64,000 nt of DNA from Proteobacteria bacterium UBA6921 (GCA_002450895.1 DKAR01000108.1:169-64168); one strand, 5' to 3'. Positions 10,539 to 21,533 are shown, counted from the stretch's first letter. Notes: generated from the sequence alone by a model not told the origin. Numbers and translations: made by a program.

Positions 10539-11299
10539 CGCTGTATACCGAAACGCGCGGCGCGGGCGCGCACCTCGTCCTTTTGCACGGTTGGGGAATG
10601 CACAGCGGAATCTGGGGTGACTTCGCCGAGCGGCTTGCCCGACACTATCGAATCACCTGTGTCGACTTGCCGGGGCATGGCAGAAGCACGGACGTGCTGG
10701 ATGTCTATGATCTTGAACACCTCGCACCGGCCGTAGTCGACAAACTCGACGGGGCAGTTCATGTGCTTGGATGGTCTCTCGGCGGAATGATTGCGCAGCA
10801 TCTCGCGTTTACCCGGCCGGAAAAGGTCAAGTCCCTCGTGCTAATTGCCGCAAGCCCGCAATTTACCAGCAGCGAAGACTGGCCGCATGCCACGCCAAGG
10901 TCGACCTTGGAACAGTTCGCGCGTGAGCTGCAAGACGACTATCGGGCAACGTTGAACCGTTTTCTAGCTTTGGAAGTGCAGTCAAGCGAAACAGCGCGCG
11001 ATGAACTTCGGCTATTGCGCCAACGCGTGTTCGCCTGTGGCGAGCCACAGTTTGATGCATTGCGCGGCGGTCTCGACGTGCTGCGCAAAGACAATCTGCG
11101 CGCTTCTTACGCAGCATCCAACGTCAGACGACTGGTTATTCTGGGGCGGCGCGATGGGCTCGTGCCTGCGGGAGTTTCGAATGATCTGGTCGCGCTGCAC
11201 CCAGAGACGCGCATTCATGTTGTCGAAGGCGCCGCGCACGCGCCGTTTCTGACACGTCCGGACGAGTGCGCGACAGTAATTCAAGAGTTTCTGCAATGA
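10535..11299 (+). CDS. bioH: pimeloyl-ACP methyl ester esterase (alpha/beta hydrolase)
   Basis: The motifs LVLLHGWG and GWSLGG (nucleophile elbow) are present. The start overlaps bioF in ATGA fashion. Confidence 0.8.
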   Translation: MTLYTETRGAGAHLVLLHGWGMHSGIWGDFAERLARHYRITCVDLPGHGRSTDVLDVYDLEHLAPAVVDKLDGAVHVLGWSLGGMIAQHLAFTRPEKVKSLVLIAASPQFTSSEDWPHATPRSTLEQFARELQDDYRATLNRFLALEVQSSETARDELRLLRQRVFACGEPQFDALRGGLDVLRKDNLRASYAASNVRRLVILGRRDGLVPAGVSNDLVALHPETRIHVVEGAAHAPFLTRPDECATVIQEFLQ

Positions 11300-12171
11300 C
11301 GGATTCAGAATTTCATATCGATCAACGGCGGATGCGCCGGCATTTCGATCAGTCCGCTAGTGAGTATGACGGTGTTGCCGTTGTGCAGCGCGAGGTCGGA
11401 AGGCGGTTATTTGAGCGGCTCGACCTGATTCGCCTGACTCCCCAACGCGTACTGGATCTGGGGTGCGGAACCGGATTGCTCAGTGAGCAGTTGGGAAAGC
11501 GCTTTCGAGATGCCGAACTGGTGTCGCTGGATATTTCGGCGGCGATGTTGCGCCAGGCGCGCCGTCGCAAGGGTTGGTTCCGGTCACAACGTTTTGTGTG
11601 CGCGGATGCGCAGCGCCTTCCGCTCGCATCGGCAAGTGTGGATATGATTTTTTCGAATCTTACATTCCAGTGGTGCAATGATCTCGAGGCCGCCTTCAAG
11701 GAATGCCGCCGGGTGCTGCGGCCTGGGGGCGTGTTGCTGTATTCCACGCTCGGTCCGGATACCTTGCATGAGCTGCGCAAGAGCTGGCGCGCCGCGGATG
11801 AATACAATCATGTCAACGCGTTCTACGATATGCATGATATCGGCGATACGATGGTGCGCGCGGGTCTGGCCGAGCCGGTAATGGATGTTGAACGGCTCAC
11901 GGTGACTTATCCGACCGTCGCAAAGCTGATGGAAGATCTGAAAAAGCTCGGCGCGCGCAATGCGACCGCGGGCCGTCCGCGCGGTTTGATGGGAAAGCAG
12001 CGATTGAACGCCATGATGCAGGCCTACGAGTCGTTTCGAAGAGATGGAGTCTTGCCGGCTACATATGAAGTCGTCTACGGCCATGCGTGGGGTGGCACGA
12101 ACAAGCCGACGCAGCGCGACGGCGCGACGCCGGTGTCGCTCGATGCACTGCGCAGGAAGATCCGCTCGTGA
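11296..12171 (+). CDS. bioC: malonyl-ACP O-methyltransferase
   Basis: The SAM-binding motif LDLGCGTG is present. An ATGA start overlaps bioH. Its operon position fits bioC. Confidence 0.85.
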   Translation: MTDSEFHIDQRRMRRHFDQSASEYDGVAVVQREVGRRLFERLDLIRLTPQRVLDLGCGTGLLSEQLGKRFRDAELVSLDISAAMLRQARRRKGWFRSQRFVCADAQRLPLASASVDMIFSNLTFQWCNDLEAAFKECRRVLRPGGVLLYSTLGPDTLHELRKSWRAADEYNHVNAFYDMHDIGDTMVRAGLAEPVMDVERLTVTYPTVAKLMEDLKKLGARNATAGRPRGLMGKQRLNAMMQAYESFRRDGVLPATYEVVYGHAWGGTNKPTQRDGATPVSLDALRRKIRS

Positions 12172-12845
12172 CGCGCGGTTATTTTGTTACCGGAACGGAT
12201 ACAGGTATTGGCAAGACCCGCGTTGCACAGGCGCTAATTGCGAAATGTGCGCGCAACGGATTGCGAGTCTCCGGAATGAAACCTGTTGCATCGGGGTGCG
12301 TTGCGACACCCGATGGTCTGCGAAACGAGGATGCACTTGCGTTGCAAGCGGCCAGCAGCGTGTTGGTTCCGTATGCTCTGTGCAATCCGTATGCATTCGA
12401 GCCCGCGATTGCGCCGCATATCGCAGCTCAGCGTGCCGGCGTTTCAATTGATCTGAACCATCTTGCAGAGTGTTACCACAAGATTGCATCACAGTGCGAT
12501 GTCGTCGTCGTGGAGGGCGTCGGCGGTTGGCTTGTTCCATTGGGTGGCGGCAACACTGTTGAAACGCTCGCGCGCGTGTTGGAGCTCGACGTGCTTCTGG
12601 TTGTGGGCATGCGGCTAGGATGTTTGAATCACGCGGCGTTGACAAGCCGCGCCATTTCCGAATCCGGACTTGCGTTCGCCGGATGGGTCGCGAATTGTCC
12701 GGACCGTGATGTTGAAGCGGCCAGCGAAAATCTCGACGCATTGCGCGCACTTCTGCCGATCCGATTTTGCGGAACGATCCCGTGGCAACCGCAACCCGAT
12801 ATTGAAGGCGCGATGAAAAGAATAGATGTAACTCTGCCCGGATGA
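12168..12845 (+). CDS. bioD: dethiobiotin synthetase
   Basis: The P-loop GTDTGIGKT is present. A GTG start overlaps the bioC stop (GTGA). Confidence 0.85.
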   Translation: MTRGYFVTGTDTGIGKTRVAQALIAKCARNGLRVSGMKPVASGCVATPDGLRNEDALALQAASSVLVPYALCNPYAFEPAIAPHIAAQRAGVSIDLNHLAECYHKIASQCDVVVVEGVGGWLVPLGGGNTVETLARVLELDVLLVVGMRLGCLNHAALTSRAISESGLAFAGWVANCPDRDVEAASENLDALRALLPIRFCGTIPWQPQPDIEGAMKRIDVTLPG

Positions 12846-14503
12846 ATTTCCGCGCGCCTTTTGTGTATCTGGTCGCTCTGGCGACGTGCCTGCCGCTTGC
12901 TCTGGGTTTTCCCCACGGGCACGATTTTTTGCTCGAAGTGCCGCGAATCGCGGAATACAGAAATGCGCTCTCGGCCGGACAGTTTCCGCCGTTCTGGGCC
13001 TCCAACCTGTACGGTGGTTTTGGTTCTCCGATTTTTTTGTTCTACGCGCCGTTATTCATGTTGATGTCCGCGCTGCTTTCCATTCCGTTGAATTCGGTGT
13101 TGATGGGCGCCAGTGTGAGTCTGGTAGTGCTCACACTTTTGTCCGCGTGGTTTGTGATGGGCGCAGTACGCACCCTGTTGGAGGGAACAACAGCTTACCC
13201 GGACATGGCGGCGCGAATCGCGGCGTATCTGTATATGCTCAGCCCGTACTTGATCGGAGACAAACTCCTTCGCAGCGCCAATGCAGAATTCACCGCGCTG
13301 TGTTTTGCGCCACTGGCTTTCTGGGGACTGTTCCTGATTCGCAGCGTGCCGCAAAAGGGCGCACTCGTGCTGGCCTTGGGTATATTTCTGGTGGTGGTGT
13401 CGCATAACCTGACGGCCCTGGTTGTGCTCGCGCTTCTCGCCACAACGATATTGCTGATTTATTTTCCGCGAAAAAATCTCCCCGGGTTTTTGTATTCCGT
13501 TGCCGGAGTCTCAGGCGGAATGCTCATGTCCGCGTTCTTTTGGGTTCCCGTATTCGCATACAAATCGGAGATGCGACTGGGAGACCTGACCTCCGGACGC
13601 CTGGATTATCATCAGTTGTTCGCGCCGCTGGGTCGAGTTTTCAGCTTTGCAGGCTACTCGGTCGGTCTCCTTCCGCTCGTCGTGCTAATCCTCGCAGTTA
13701 TCGTGGTCCTTTCGCGTTCCGTACCGAGAACTTTACGGACGGCTGTCGCCACCATCTTGATTGGCGCCTTGGTGTTTGTCTTTCTTCAGACGCGCGCGAG
13801 TATCGTATTGTGGGAAGCCGTTCCGTGGTTGCCGCTGTTTCAGTTTCCGTGGCGAATGATGGGGCCCGTGTCGCTGCTCACGGCGGCGTTGGGCGCGATG
13901 TTATTCGTTTACGCGGCTCAACGTTGGGAATTACGACGGCACGCCGTCGTGGAAGCAGTCGTTATTGCATTGTGTGTTGGCAACGCGCTGCCGCAGTTTC
14001 TGCGCTACGAGATGGTTGAGCCGGAACGAGCCGCGCGGGTGCAGCCCGGGCTGGCGCCGGAGGCCATTCGGGCGTCGCCGTTTACGACGACCGTGCTCGA
14101 CGAATACTTGCCACGCGGTGCTTCGGCCACGCTGTGGCGTCAGCGTCGTCCAGATCGCGGACCGATTTTGGGAAGCGACCCTCCGGTTCAGTGGAGTCTG
14201 CGGCAAAGCTCCGACATGCATTTTGAATTTGGAACACATACGAACCAGCCCGCGACCGTTCATTTCGCCCGGTGGGCGTTTCCGGTGTGGGAGCTGAAGG
14301 TCAATGGAAACCTCGTGACGCCCACGGTCAGTGAATTCGGAACCATCGACGCGTCGGTCCCCGCAGGACCGAGCGTTGTTACGCTCGATCTGGTAACGCC
14401 GCCGGTGCGCCGTATTGCGAACGGCGTTAGTTTGATTGCAATAACGGCGTGGATTATTGGTGTTGCCGCAACCTTCCACCGCAAACGTGTGGCTGAAAAA
14501 TGA
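12842..14503 (+). CDS. large polytopic membrane protein (~13 TM plus a C-terminal periplasmic domain), GT-C/PTPS-related-like putative glycosyltransferase
   Basis: Hydrophobic profile, the N-terminal motif FPHGHDFLLEVPRIAEY and a start overlapping the bioD stop support the call. I could not assign a family without a search. Confidence 0.45.
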   Translation: MNFRAPFVYLVALATCLPLALGFPHGHDFLLEVPRIAEYRNALSAGQFPPFWASNLYGGFGSPIFLFYAPLFMLMSALLSIPLNSVLMGASVSLVVLTLLSAWFVMGAVRTLLEGTTAYPDMAARIAAYLYMLSPYLIGDKLLRSANAEFTALCFAPLAFWGLFLIRSVPQKGALVLALGIFLVVVSHNLTALVVLALLATTILLIYFPRKNLPGFLYSVAGVSGGMLMSAFFWVPVFAYKSEMRLGDLTSGRLDYHQLFAPLGRVFSFAGYSVGLLPLVVLILAVIVVLSRSVPRTLRTAVATILIGALVFVFLQTRASIVLWEAVPWLPLFQFPWRMMGPVSLLTAALGAMLFVYAAQRWELRRHAVVEAVVIALCVGNALPQFLRYEMVEPERAARVQPGLAPEAIRASPFTTTVLDEYLPRGASATLWRQRRPDRGPILGSDPPVQWSLRQSSDMHFEFGTHTNQPATVHFARWAFPVWELKVNGNLVTPTVSEFGTIDASVPAGPSVVTLDLVTPPVRRIANGVSLIAITAWIIGVAATFHRKRVAEK

Positions 14504-14528
14504 AAAAGGCCGCATGGCGGCCTTTTTC
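14504..14528. terminator. bidirectional rho-independent terminator between the convergent membrane-protein gene and rpoH (ggccgc-atg-gcggcc flanked by A and T runs)
   Basis: The stem and flanking A/T tracts are read directly. Confidence 0.65.
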
Positions 14529-14548
14529 GTGATGCTTTGACCCACGGA

Positions 14549-15400
14549 CTACGCTTCCATCGACGCCTTCAATTTCTTCATGGCATTCGTTTCAATCTGC
14601 CGAATGCGTTCCGCTGACACGTTGTACTTGGCAGCGAGATCGTGCAGCGTCAGTTTGTCGTCCGCCAGCCAGCGCTGTTCCAGAATATCGCGGCTGCGGT
14701 CGTCGAGCGTTTCCAATGCGGCACGCAAACGATCCGTGTTGTGGTCTTCCCATTCGGTTGCTTCCAGCGACGTTGCCGGATCAGCACGCATGTCCTGCAG
14801 GTAGTTTGCTGGAGCGCGAAAGGCTTCTTCGTCATCGCTGTCCGAATGTGCGTCAAACGATGCATCGTGTCCGCTGAGACGCGATTCCATTTCGATGACT
14901 GTTTCCGGAGCAACGCCAAGATCTTTCGCGATGGCGGTTACCTCGGCATGGTTGAGCCAGCCCAGGCGCTTTTTCTTACTGCGTAAATTGAAGAACAGTT
15001 TGCGCTGCGCCTTGGTGGTCGCCACTTTGACGATGCGCCAGTTGCGCAGAATGAATTCATGAATTTCGGCGCGGATCCAATGCACCGCAAACGAAACCAG
15101 GCGGACGCCCACGTTCGGGTCGAAGCGCTTGACCGCTTTCATCAGGCCCACGTTGCCTTCCTGAATCAGGTCAGACTGGGCCAAGCCATAGCCGTTATAA
15201 CCGCGTGCAATGTGGACGACGAAGCGCAGGTGCGCCAGAACAAGCTGCTGGGCGGCCATCAGGTCCTGATTCTGCTGCCAGCGTTTGGCCAGCGCCTTTT
15301 CTTCTTCAAAGGTCAGTACGGGGACTTGGCCGACCGCGTGAACATAGGCCTCAAGGCTCCCCAGAGGGCTAGGAATCACCATTAAGTCTTTGCGTGTCAT
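14549..15400 (-). CDS. rpoH: RNA polymerase sigma-32 heat-shock factor
   Basis: The RpoH box (QRKLFFNLR), region 2 and the region 4 helix-turn-helix ([21 protein letters not shown]) are present. Confidence 0.95.
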   Translation of the reverse strand: MTRKDLMVIPSPLGSLEAYVHAVGQVPVLTFEEEKALAKRWQQNQDLMAAQQLVLAHLRFVVHIARGYNGYGLAQSDLIQEGNVGLMKAVKRFDPNVGVRLVSFAVHWIRAEIHEFILRNWRIVKVATTKAQRKLFFNLRSKKKRLGWLNHAEVTAIAKDLGVAPETVIEMESRLSGHDASFDAHSDSDDEEAFRAPANYLQDMRADPATSLEATEWEDHNTDRLRAALETLDDRSRDILEQRWLADDKLTLHDLAAKYNVSAERIRQIETNAMKKLKASMEA

Positions 15401-15487
15401 CGTTTTTCGTCCGTTAGCAGAATCTAATGTTCGGTAAGTTTAGCACTCGTTTCGTCAGAGTGCTAATCGGACGGAAGGTTCCCGGCT

Positions 15488-16519
15488 TTAGGGTTCGATG
15501 GCCCGCAGATGGCGTCCAACGGAGACCCAGGCGCCGACCAACCCCAGGGTGACTCCGGCGGTGATGACGACCGCCGAATACCCCAATCCCAGGCCCTGCA
15601 GGGCGAAATTGCTGTTGTACGCCTGGGCGACGGACCGGACCGGTTCAGTGAGCCCCCATAACACGCTGGCCACCAGCAGGAGCGCGAGCACGCCGCCGAC
15701 CGTACCGTAGATCAGCCCGGCATACAGGAACGGGCGCCGCACGAACCCGTCGGATGCGCCGATGAGTTTCGTGACTTTGATTTGCTGGGCATTGTTCTGG
15801 ACCGCAAGTCGGATGGTATTGCCGACGACGACCAGCGCGGCCACCAGCAATAGCGCACCGATCACCCAGACGGCGCGCTCGGCAACCGACAACAGCGCGT
15901 GCAAACGCTGTAGCCATTGCATGTCCCATTGCGCGATATCGACCAGCGCATTGGATTGAAGTGACTTGGCGAGCTTTTCGATGGCTGCGGGATTGGCCCG
16001 CGTGTCCTTCGGATGAACGACCAGGACAGGGGGCAATGGGTTGTCGCTGAGCAGTGACAGCGCGTCACCGAGACCCGAATTTGCCTTGAATTCTTCCAGT
16101 CCGCGTTGCTTTGAGATGTATTCAATTCTTGCGATGTCGCGTTGTGTTCGCAGCGAGTCAGCGAGTTTTTCGGCCTGCGCCTCGGAAGTGTCGGCTTTGA
16201 GGAACAGCGAGATTTGCGCCCCACCGTCCCATTGCGCTGCTACACGATGCGCATTCTGAAGTAGCGCCATCAACACGGCAGGAAATGCCAGGGAAATCGC
16301 CAACGCAACGCACGTGAGTATCGTGCTGTAAGGCATGCGACGAAACTGACTGAGCGTGCCAAGCAGTGACCAGCGATGTGCCGCCAGATATGCCCCGACC
16401 CAGGAGTCCTGCAGTTTGCCGCGCGATGCGCCACGGCGGGTTCGATCCTCTTGGCCGAGGCCGGCGATACGCCGCGAGAAAAATCCGACTGCGGGATTGC
16501 GAGTGCGAGTATTCAGCAT
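15488..16519 (-). CDS. ftsX: cell-division ABC transporter permease FtsX
   Basis: It has four TM helices and a large periplasmic loop. It lies downstream of ftsE. Confidence 0.9.
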   Translation of the reverse strand: MLNTRTRNPAVGFFSRRIAGLGQEDRTRRGASRGKLQDSWVGAYLAAHRWSLLGTLSQFRRMPYSTILTCVALAISLAFPAVLMALLQNAHRVAAQWDGGAQISLFLKADTSEAQAEKLADSLRTQRDIARIEYISKQRGLEEFKANSGLGDALSLLSDNPLPPVLVVHPKDTRANPAAIEKLAKSLQSNALVDIAQWDMQWLQRLHALLSVAERAVWVIGALLLVAALVVVGNTIRLAVQNNAQQIKVTKLIGASDGFVRRPFLYAGLIYGTVGGVLALLLVASVLWGLTEPVRSVAQAYNSNFALQGLGLGYSAVVITAGVTLGLVGAWVSVGRHLRAIEP

Positions 16520-17188
16520 TTAGTGCGCCCCGGTATCACCCTCGAAACGCCCGTGCTTGAGCACTAAACGGCGATGTCCGAGGCGATTGATCAGTTCAAT
16601 ATCGTGTGTCGCGACAAGCACGGTGGTTCCAATCTGGTTGAATTCCTCAAACAGACGCATCACGTCGCGCGCAAGATCGGGATCGAGGTTTCCCGTCGGT
16701 TCGTCAGCAAGCAACACGGCCGGGCGATTCACGACGGCGCGCGCAATGCCGACGCGCTGCTGCTCACCGGTCGACAGTGTGATGGGCAGGGATTCCTCGC
16801 GGCCGAGTAAACCCACCTTATCCAGCGCTGCACGTACGCGCCGGCCAATCTCGTCGCGGCGAAACCCGGCAATGATGAGCGGCAACGCGACGTTGTCGTA
16901 CACGCTGCGGTCGTATAGAAGGTTGTGGTCCTGGAAAACAATGCCCAGCTCGCGCCGAAATGCCGGAACGCGGCCGCGCCGCAAGCGGGAGAGATTCGCG
17001 TTATTCACGACGATCTGGCCCGTCGAGCAGCGTTCAATAGCAGCGACAAGTTTGAGCAACGTGCTTTTTCCTGCACCGGAGTGACCGGTGAGAAAGGCCA
17101 TCTCGCCTTGCTCGAGTGAGAAGGACACGTTTGACAACGCGTCGTAGCCGCCGGGATACCGCTTGGTGACGTTGGTGAACTGGATCAT
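16520..17188 (-). CDS. ftsE: cell-division ATP-binding protein FtsE
   Basis: The Walker A motif GHSGAGKST and the ABC signature LSTGEQQRVGIARA are present. Confidence 0.95.
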   Translation of the reverse strand: MIQFTNVTKRYPGGYDALSNVSFSLEQGEMAFLTGHSGAGKSTLLKLVAAIERCSTGQIVVNNANLSRLRRGRVPAFRRELGIVFQDHNLLYDRSVYDNVALPLIIAGFRRDEIGRRVRAALDKVGLLGREESLPITLSTGEQQRVGIARAVVNRPAVLLADEPTGNLDPDLARDVMRLFEEFNQIGTTVLVATHDIELINRLGHRRLVLKHGRFEGDTGAH

Positions 17189-18162
17189 TCGCGGGCCAGC
17201 AAGGCGTCGACGAACTCAGACGCATTGAAGTCACGCAGATCGTCGATGGCCTCACCGACGCCGATGTACCGAATCGGTATGCGCATGCCCTGCGCAATGG
17301 CGAAAATCACGCCGCCCTTGGCGGTGCCATCGAGTTTTGAAAGTACGAGGCCGCTGAGTCCGACCGCATCATTGAATTCCTTTACCTGTCGCAATGCATT
17401 CTGGCCCGTGCCAGCGTCAACGACGAGCAAAGTTTCATGCGGCGCTTGAGGATCGAGTTTCTGGATCACGCGGCGCACTTTCTTCAGCTCTTCCATCAAA
17501 TTGGATTGCGTGTGCAGGCGTCCCGCCGTATCGGCAATCAGCACGTCAATGGCGCGCGCCTTCGCGGACTGAATGGCGTCGAAAATCACCGACGCAGAGT
17601 CAGAACCGGCCTGTTGTGCAACCACCGGGATTTCATTGCGGCGACCCCATTCCTGCAACTGCTCCACGGCCGCCGCGCGAAACGTATCGCCGGCGGCGAG
17701 CATCACCTTCAAACCCTGCGCCTGAAAGCGGCGCGCCAGTTTGCCGATGGTCGTTGTCTTGCCGACGCCATTCACGCCTACCATCAAGATCACAAACGGT
17801 GCCCGGCCCGCGTCAACGACCAATGGTTGTGCGCATGGCGCGAGAATGTTCGTCATATCCTCGCGTAGCGCGGCGAACAGGGCATCCGCATCTGCCAACT
17901 GCTTGCGCTGAACCCGCGCAGTCAGGTCCTTGATGATCGCCTGGGTGGCATCGACGCCGACATCTGCCAGCAGGAGTTGTGTTTCCAGCTCTTCCAGAAC
18001 GTCCGAATCGATCTGTTTCTTACCCAGCAGCAGGTTCGCAACGCCCTCGGTCAGGCTGGTCCGGGTGCGCGTCAGGACGTTCTTAAGGCGCGAAAAAACC
18101 CCGCCGTCGGAGGGCGCTTTCTTCGTTTCCGGATCCGCCTTGTCCTTCTTGAAACCAAACAT
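17185..18162 (-). CDS. ftsY: signal recognition particle receptor FtsY
   Basis: The SRP GTPase domain (GVNGVGKTT, DTAGR) is present. It lies upstream of ftsEX. Confidence 0.9.
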   Translation of the reverse strand: MFGFKKDKADPETKKAPSDGGVFSRLKNVLTRTRTSLTEGVANLLLGKKQIDSDVLEELETQLLLADVGVDATQAIIKDLTARVQRKQLADADALFAALREDMTNILAPCAQPLVVDAGRAPFVILMVGVNGVGKTTTIGKLARRFQAQGLKVMLAAGDTFRAAAVEQLQEWGRRNEIPVVAQQAGSDSASVIFDAIQSAKARAIDVLIADTAGRLHTQSNLMEELKKVRRVIQKLDPQAPHETLLVVDAGTGQNALRQVKEFNDAVGLSGLVLSKLDGTAKGGVIFAIAQGMRIPIRYIGVGEAIDDLRDFNASEFVDALLARE

Positions 18163-18289
18163 CGTTTTGGGGAGTCGTAGAGTCTTGGGTATGCCGTGTT
18201 GTTGCTCACGGGATGCGTTATGCTAGCACCCCGCGCGCGGCACTCGCACCAATAAATATTCACGGCGCAAATTCGTGGAGATCCATCCG

Positions 18290-19669
18290 ATGCAAATGAA
18301 ATTAAGCGGCGTTGTCGGCCTGTTGGCCGCGACGCTATCGTTCGGCGCGCACAGTGCCGGCGAAGTGCACGAATCAAAACTCGACAACGGCATGAAGGTG
18401 ATCATTAAGGTCGACCGCCGCGCGCCGGTGGCGGTATCCCAGGTCTGGTACCGCGTAGGCAGCAGCTACGAACACAATGGTTCCACCGGGTTGTCGCATG
18501 CGCTTGAACACATGATGTTCAAAGGCACCAAGAAGCATCCTCCGAACGAATTTTCGCGAATCATTTCCGAAAATGGCGGAAAGGAAAACGCCTTTACCGG
18601 TGACGATTACACCACCTATTTTCAGCAGCTTGAGGCCAGCCGCCTGCCCATCGCGCTCGAACTGGAAGCGGACCGCATGCGCAATCTGACGCTGCCCGCC
18701 GGCGAGTTCGACAAGGAGATCAAGGTTGTCATGGAAGAACGCCGCATGCGTACCGAGGACAGCCCAACCGCGCTGACGCATGAGCAGTTCATGGCCGCCG
18801 CCTTCACGAGCAGTCCGTACCACAACCCGGTGATCGGCTGGATGGATGATCTCGAGAACATGAAGATCCAGGATCTAAAAGCCTGGTATCAAACCTGGTA
18901 CGCGCCAAACAACGCGACCCTGGTCATCGTCGGTGACGTCGATCCGGTTGCAACACTTGCGACCGTGAAGAAGTATTTTGGCCCGCTGAAGCCGAGCAAG
19001 ATTCCCGAGGTGAAGCCGCAGCGTGAAGTGGAACAGCGCGGTATTCGGCGCATCACGGTGAAAGCACCGGCGGAGCTGCCGTATCTGATGATGGGCTACA
19101 AGACGCCGGTGCTGGCCACAGCCAAGGAAGCCTGGGAACCCTACGCGCTTGAAATGCTCGCCGGTGTACTCGATGGCGGCAACAGCGCGCGTCTCTCAAA
19201 GAACCTGGTCCGCGGAAAAGAAGTCGCAGCAAGCGCTGGCGCGGGTTACGACTTGTACTCACGCATGGATCAGTTGTTCTCGTTTGACGGTACCCCTGCG
19301 CAAGGCAAGACCATTGCAGATCTCGAAGCCGCGCTGCGCGAGCAGATCAAACTGGTGCGTGAAACGCTCGTTGCACCAGAAGAGCTGGAGCGAATCAAAT
19401 CGCAGGTCGTGGCGGCAAAAGTGTATGAGCGCGATTCCAATTTTTACCAGGCGATGCAAATCGGGACGCTGGAAACAAATGGCTTGTCGTACAAGCTCGT
19501 TGAAGAATATCTGGATCGCATCAAGGCGGTGACGCCGGAACAGATCCAGAAAGTTGCGCAGAAATATCTGGTCGACGACCGACTGACGGTCGCCGTGCTG
19601 GAACCCCTGCCGATTGAAAACGGCAAACACGCAATGCCCGCGATGGGCGGAGGTGGCCATGTTCGCTAG
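18290..19669 (+). CDS. M16 family zinc peptidase (active subunit, inverted zincin motif HxxEH)
   Basis: A signal peptide and the motif HALEHMMFKGT are present. Confidence 0.8.
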   Translation: MQMKLSGVVGLLAATLSFGAHSAGEVHESKLDNGMKVIIKVDRRAPVAVSQVWYRVGSSYEHNGSTGLSHALEHMMFKGTKKHPPNEFSRIISENGGKENAFTGDDYTTYFQQLEASRLPIALELEADRMRNLTLPAGEFDKEIKVVMEERRMRTEDSPTALTHEQFMAAAFTSSPYHNPVIGWMDDLENMKIQDLKAWYQTWYAPNNATLVIVGDVDPVATLATVKKYFGPLKPSKIPEVKPQREVEQRGIRRITVKAPAELPYLMMGYKTPVLATAKEAWEPYALEMLAGVLDGGNSARLSKNLVRGKEVAASAGAGYDLYSRMDQLFSFDGTPAQGKTIADLEAALREQIKLVRETLVAPEELERIKSQVVAAKVYERDSNFYQAMQIGTLETNGLSYKLVEEYLDRIKAVTPEQIQKVAQKYLVDDRLTVAVLEPLPIENGKHAMPAMGGGGHVR

Positions 19670-20960
19670 AACCGCACTTGCGCTCTCGCTGGCGCTGACA
19701 GCGTTTGTCGCAGACGCGACTCCGAAAATTCAAACCTGGGAAACACCCAACGGCGCGCGCGTGTTCTTCGTGCCGGCGCCGGAAATCCCGATGGTCGACC
19801 TGCAAGTGGTGTTCGATGCCGGTGCGGCCCGTGATGGTGACAAGCCCGGTCTGGCGGTCATGACCAACAGCATGCTCAACGAAGGTGCCGGCAAGCTGGA
19901 CGCGGACGCCATAGCGGAGAAATTTGATTCGCTTGGTGCGCGACAAGGCAATACCGCGGAGCGTGACATGTCGATGTTTTCGCTGCGCTCGCTGTCAGAC
20001 TCGGCAAAATTGCAGCCCGCCGCGGAATTGCTGGCACTGATGTTCAACGAGCCGACGCTACCTGCGGACGGATTTGGCCGGATGAAGAATCAGATGTTGA
20101 TCAATATCCAGGCGCAAAAACAGTCGCCGGATGAAATCGCCAGCGAAGCATTCTTCCGCGCCATCTATGGCAATCACCCGTATGCCAGCGATCCTGGTGG
20201 CACCGAAGAAAGTGTGAAAGCACTGACGCCTGAAGATGTGCGTCGGTTTATGGCGAAATTTTACGTTGCGCGCAACGCGGTGGTTGCGATTGTCGGCGCG
20301 CTGGATCGTCCGGCCGCAGAGGCCCTGGCCAACACGGTCGTTGGCAAGCTTGCCGCGGGTGAGCGTGCCCCTGCGCTTCCGCCCGTCGAAAATCTCGACA
20401 AGGCCGAGACAGTCAAGATCGATCACCCCTCGACGCAGACCCACGTTCTGGTCGGGGTGCCCGGCATGACACGCGGCGACCCGGATTATTTTGCACTGTA
20501 CGTCGGCAATCACATTCTCGGTGGGAACGGGTTGGTGTCACGCATCTCGGACGAAATCCGTGAAAAACGCGGTCTTTCGTACAGCGCCTATAGCTACTTC
20601 ATGCCGATGCGCGAGCGGGGCCCGTACACCATCGGATTGCAAACCCGAACCGACAAGACGAATGAGGCGTTGACAGTGCTGCGTGACACAGTCAAGACCT
20701 TTGTCGAACAGGGGCCCACCGAAAAGGAACTGGTCGCCTCGAAGAAAAACATCACTGGCGGCTTTGCATTGCGCGTGGACAGTAACAAAAAAATCGCCGA
20801 CTATTTGGCCCTGATCGGCTTTTATGGACTGCCGCTGGATTATCTCGACCACTTCATCGCACGCATCAATGCGGTGACGCTGGCGCAAGTCAGGGACGCC
20901 TTCAAGCGGCGTGTCGATCTGAACAAGACCGTGACGGTGACTGTCGGGAAACAGTCGTAA
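19659..20960 (+). CDS. M16 family peptidase-like protein lacking the HxxEH motif (probable non-catalytic partner)
   Basis: It has the M16 fold signature without zinc ligands. Its start overlaps the upstream M16 gene. Confidence 0.75.
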   Translation: MFARTALALSLALTAFVADATPKIQTWETPNGARVFFVPAPEIPMVDLQVVFDAGAARDGDKPGLAVMTNSMLNEGAGKLDADAIAEKFDSLGARQGNTAERDMSMFSLRSLSDSAKLQPAAELLALMFNEPTLPADGFGRMKNQMLINIQAQKQSPDEIASEAFFRAIYGNHPYASDPGGTEESVKALTPEDVRRFMAKFYVARNAVVAIVGALDRPAAEALANTVVGKLAAGERAPALPPVENLDKAETVKIDHPSTQTHVLVGVPGMTRGDPDYFALYVGNHILGGNGLVSRISDEIREKRGLSYSAYSYFMPMRERGPYTIGLQTRTDKTNEALTVLRDTVKTFVEQGPTEKELVASKKNITGGFALRVDSNKKIADYLALIGFYGLPLDYLDHFIARINAVTLAQVRDAFKRRVDLNKTVTVTVGKQS

Positions 20961-20998
20961 GCAATGCAACGCTCTGGGGGCAGCAAACTAAAGAGGGG

Positions 20999-21460
20999 AT
21001 GAGTGTGCAAAATATTCAGCTGAAGATACTCGACCGTCGGTTGGGCGACGAGTTTCCATTTCCTACTTACGCTACGGAAGGTTCCGCCGGCATCGATCTG
21101 CGCGCGTGTCTCGAAACCGCGCTCGAAGTCAAACCGGGTGAGACGCATTTGATCCCCACGGGAATGGCGATTCACATTGCTGACCCGGGCTATGCGGCAA
21201 TGATCCTGCCGCGCTCCGGATTGGGCCACAAGCACGGAATCGTGCTGGGCAACCTGGTCGGACTCATAGATTCTGATTACCAGGGCCAGCTTCTGGTCTC
21301 TTGCTGGAATCGCGGAAATACTCCGTTTACCGTCAACATCGGTGAGCGTATTGCCCAGCTGGTCATCGTGCCCGTGGTGCAGGCACGTTTTGAAATCGTC
21401 AGCGAATTTAATTCTTCGCAGCGCGGCGCAGGCGGATTTGGCAGTTCGGGGCGGCATTGA
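20999..21460 (+). CDS. dut: dUTP diphosphatase
   Basis: The dUTPase motifs [12 protein letters not shown] and GLIDSDYQG are present. Confidence 0.95.
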   Translation: MSVQNIQLKILDRRLGDEFPFPTYATEGSAGIDLRACLETALEVKPGETHLIPTGMAIHIADPGYAAMILPRSGLGHKHGIVLGNLVGLIDSDYQGQLLVSCWNRGNTPFTVNIGERIAQLVIVPVVQARFEIVSEFNSSQRGAGGFGSSGRH

Positions 21461-21480
21461 CCGCTCCGGTAATAGAGGAA

Positions 21481-21501
21481 CCGCTCCCGCAATGGGAGCG
21501 G
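21481..21501 (+). terminator. hairpin (ccgctccc-gcaat-gggagcgg) downstream of dut, possibly a weak intrinsic terminator
   Basis: An 8-bp stem is followed by GTTGATTCAATTTC, which is a poor T tract. Confidence 0.35.
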
Positions 21502-21533
21502 GTTGATTCAATTTCAAAGAAAAGCCAAACGAC

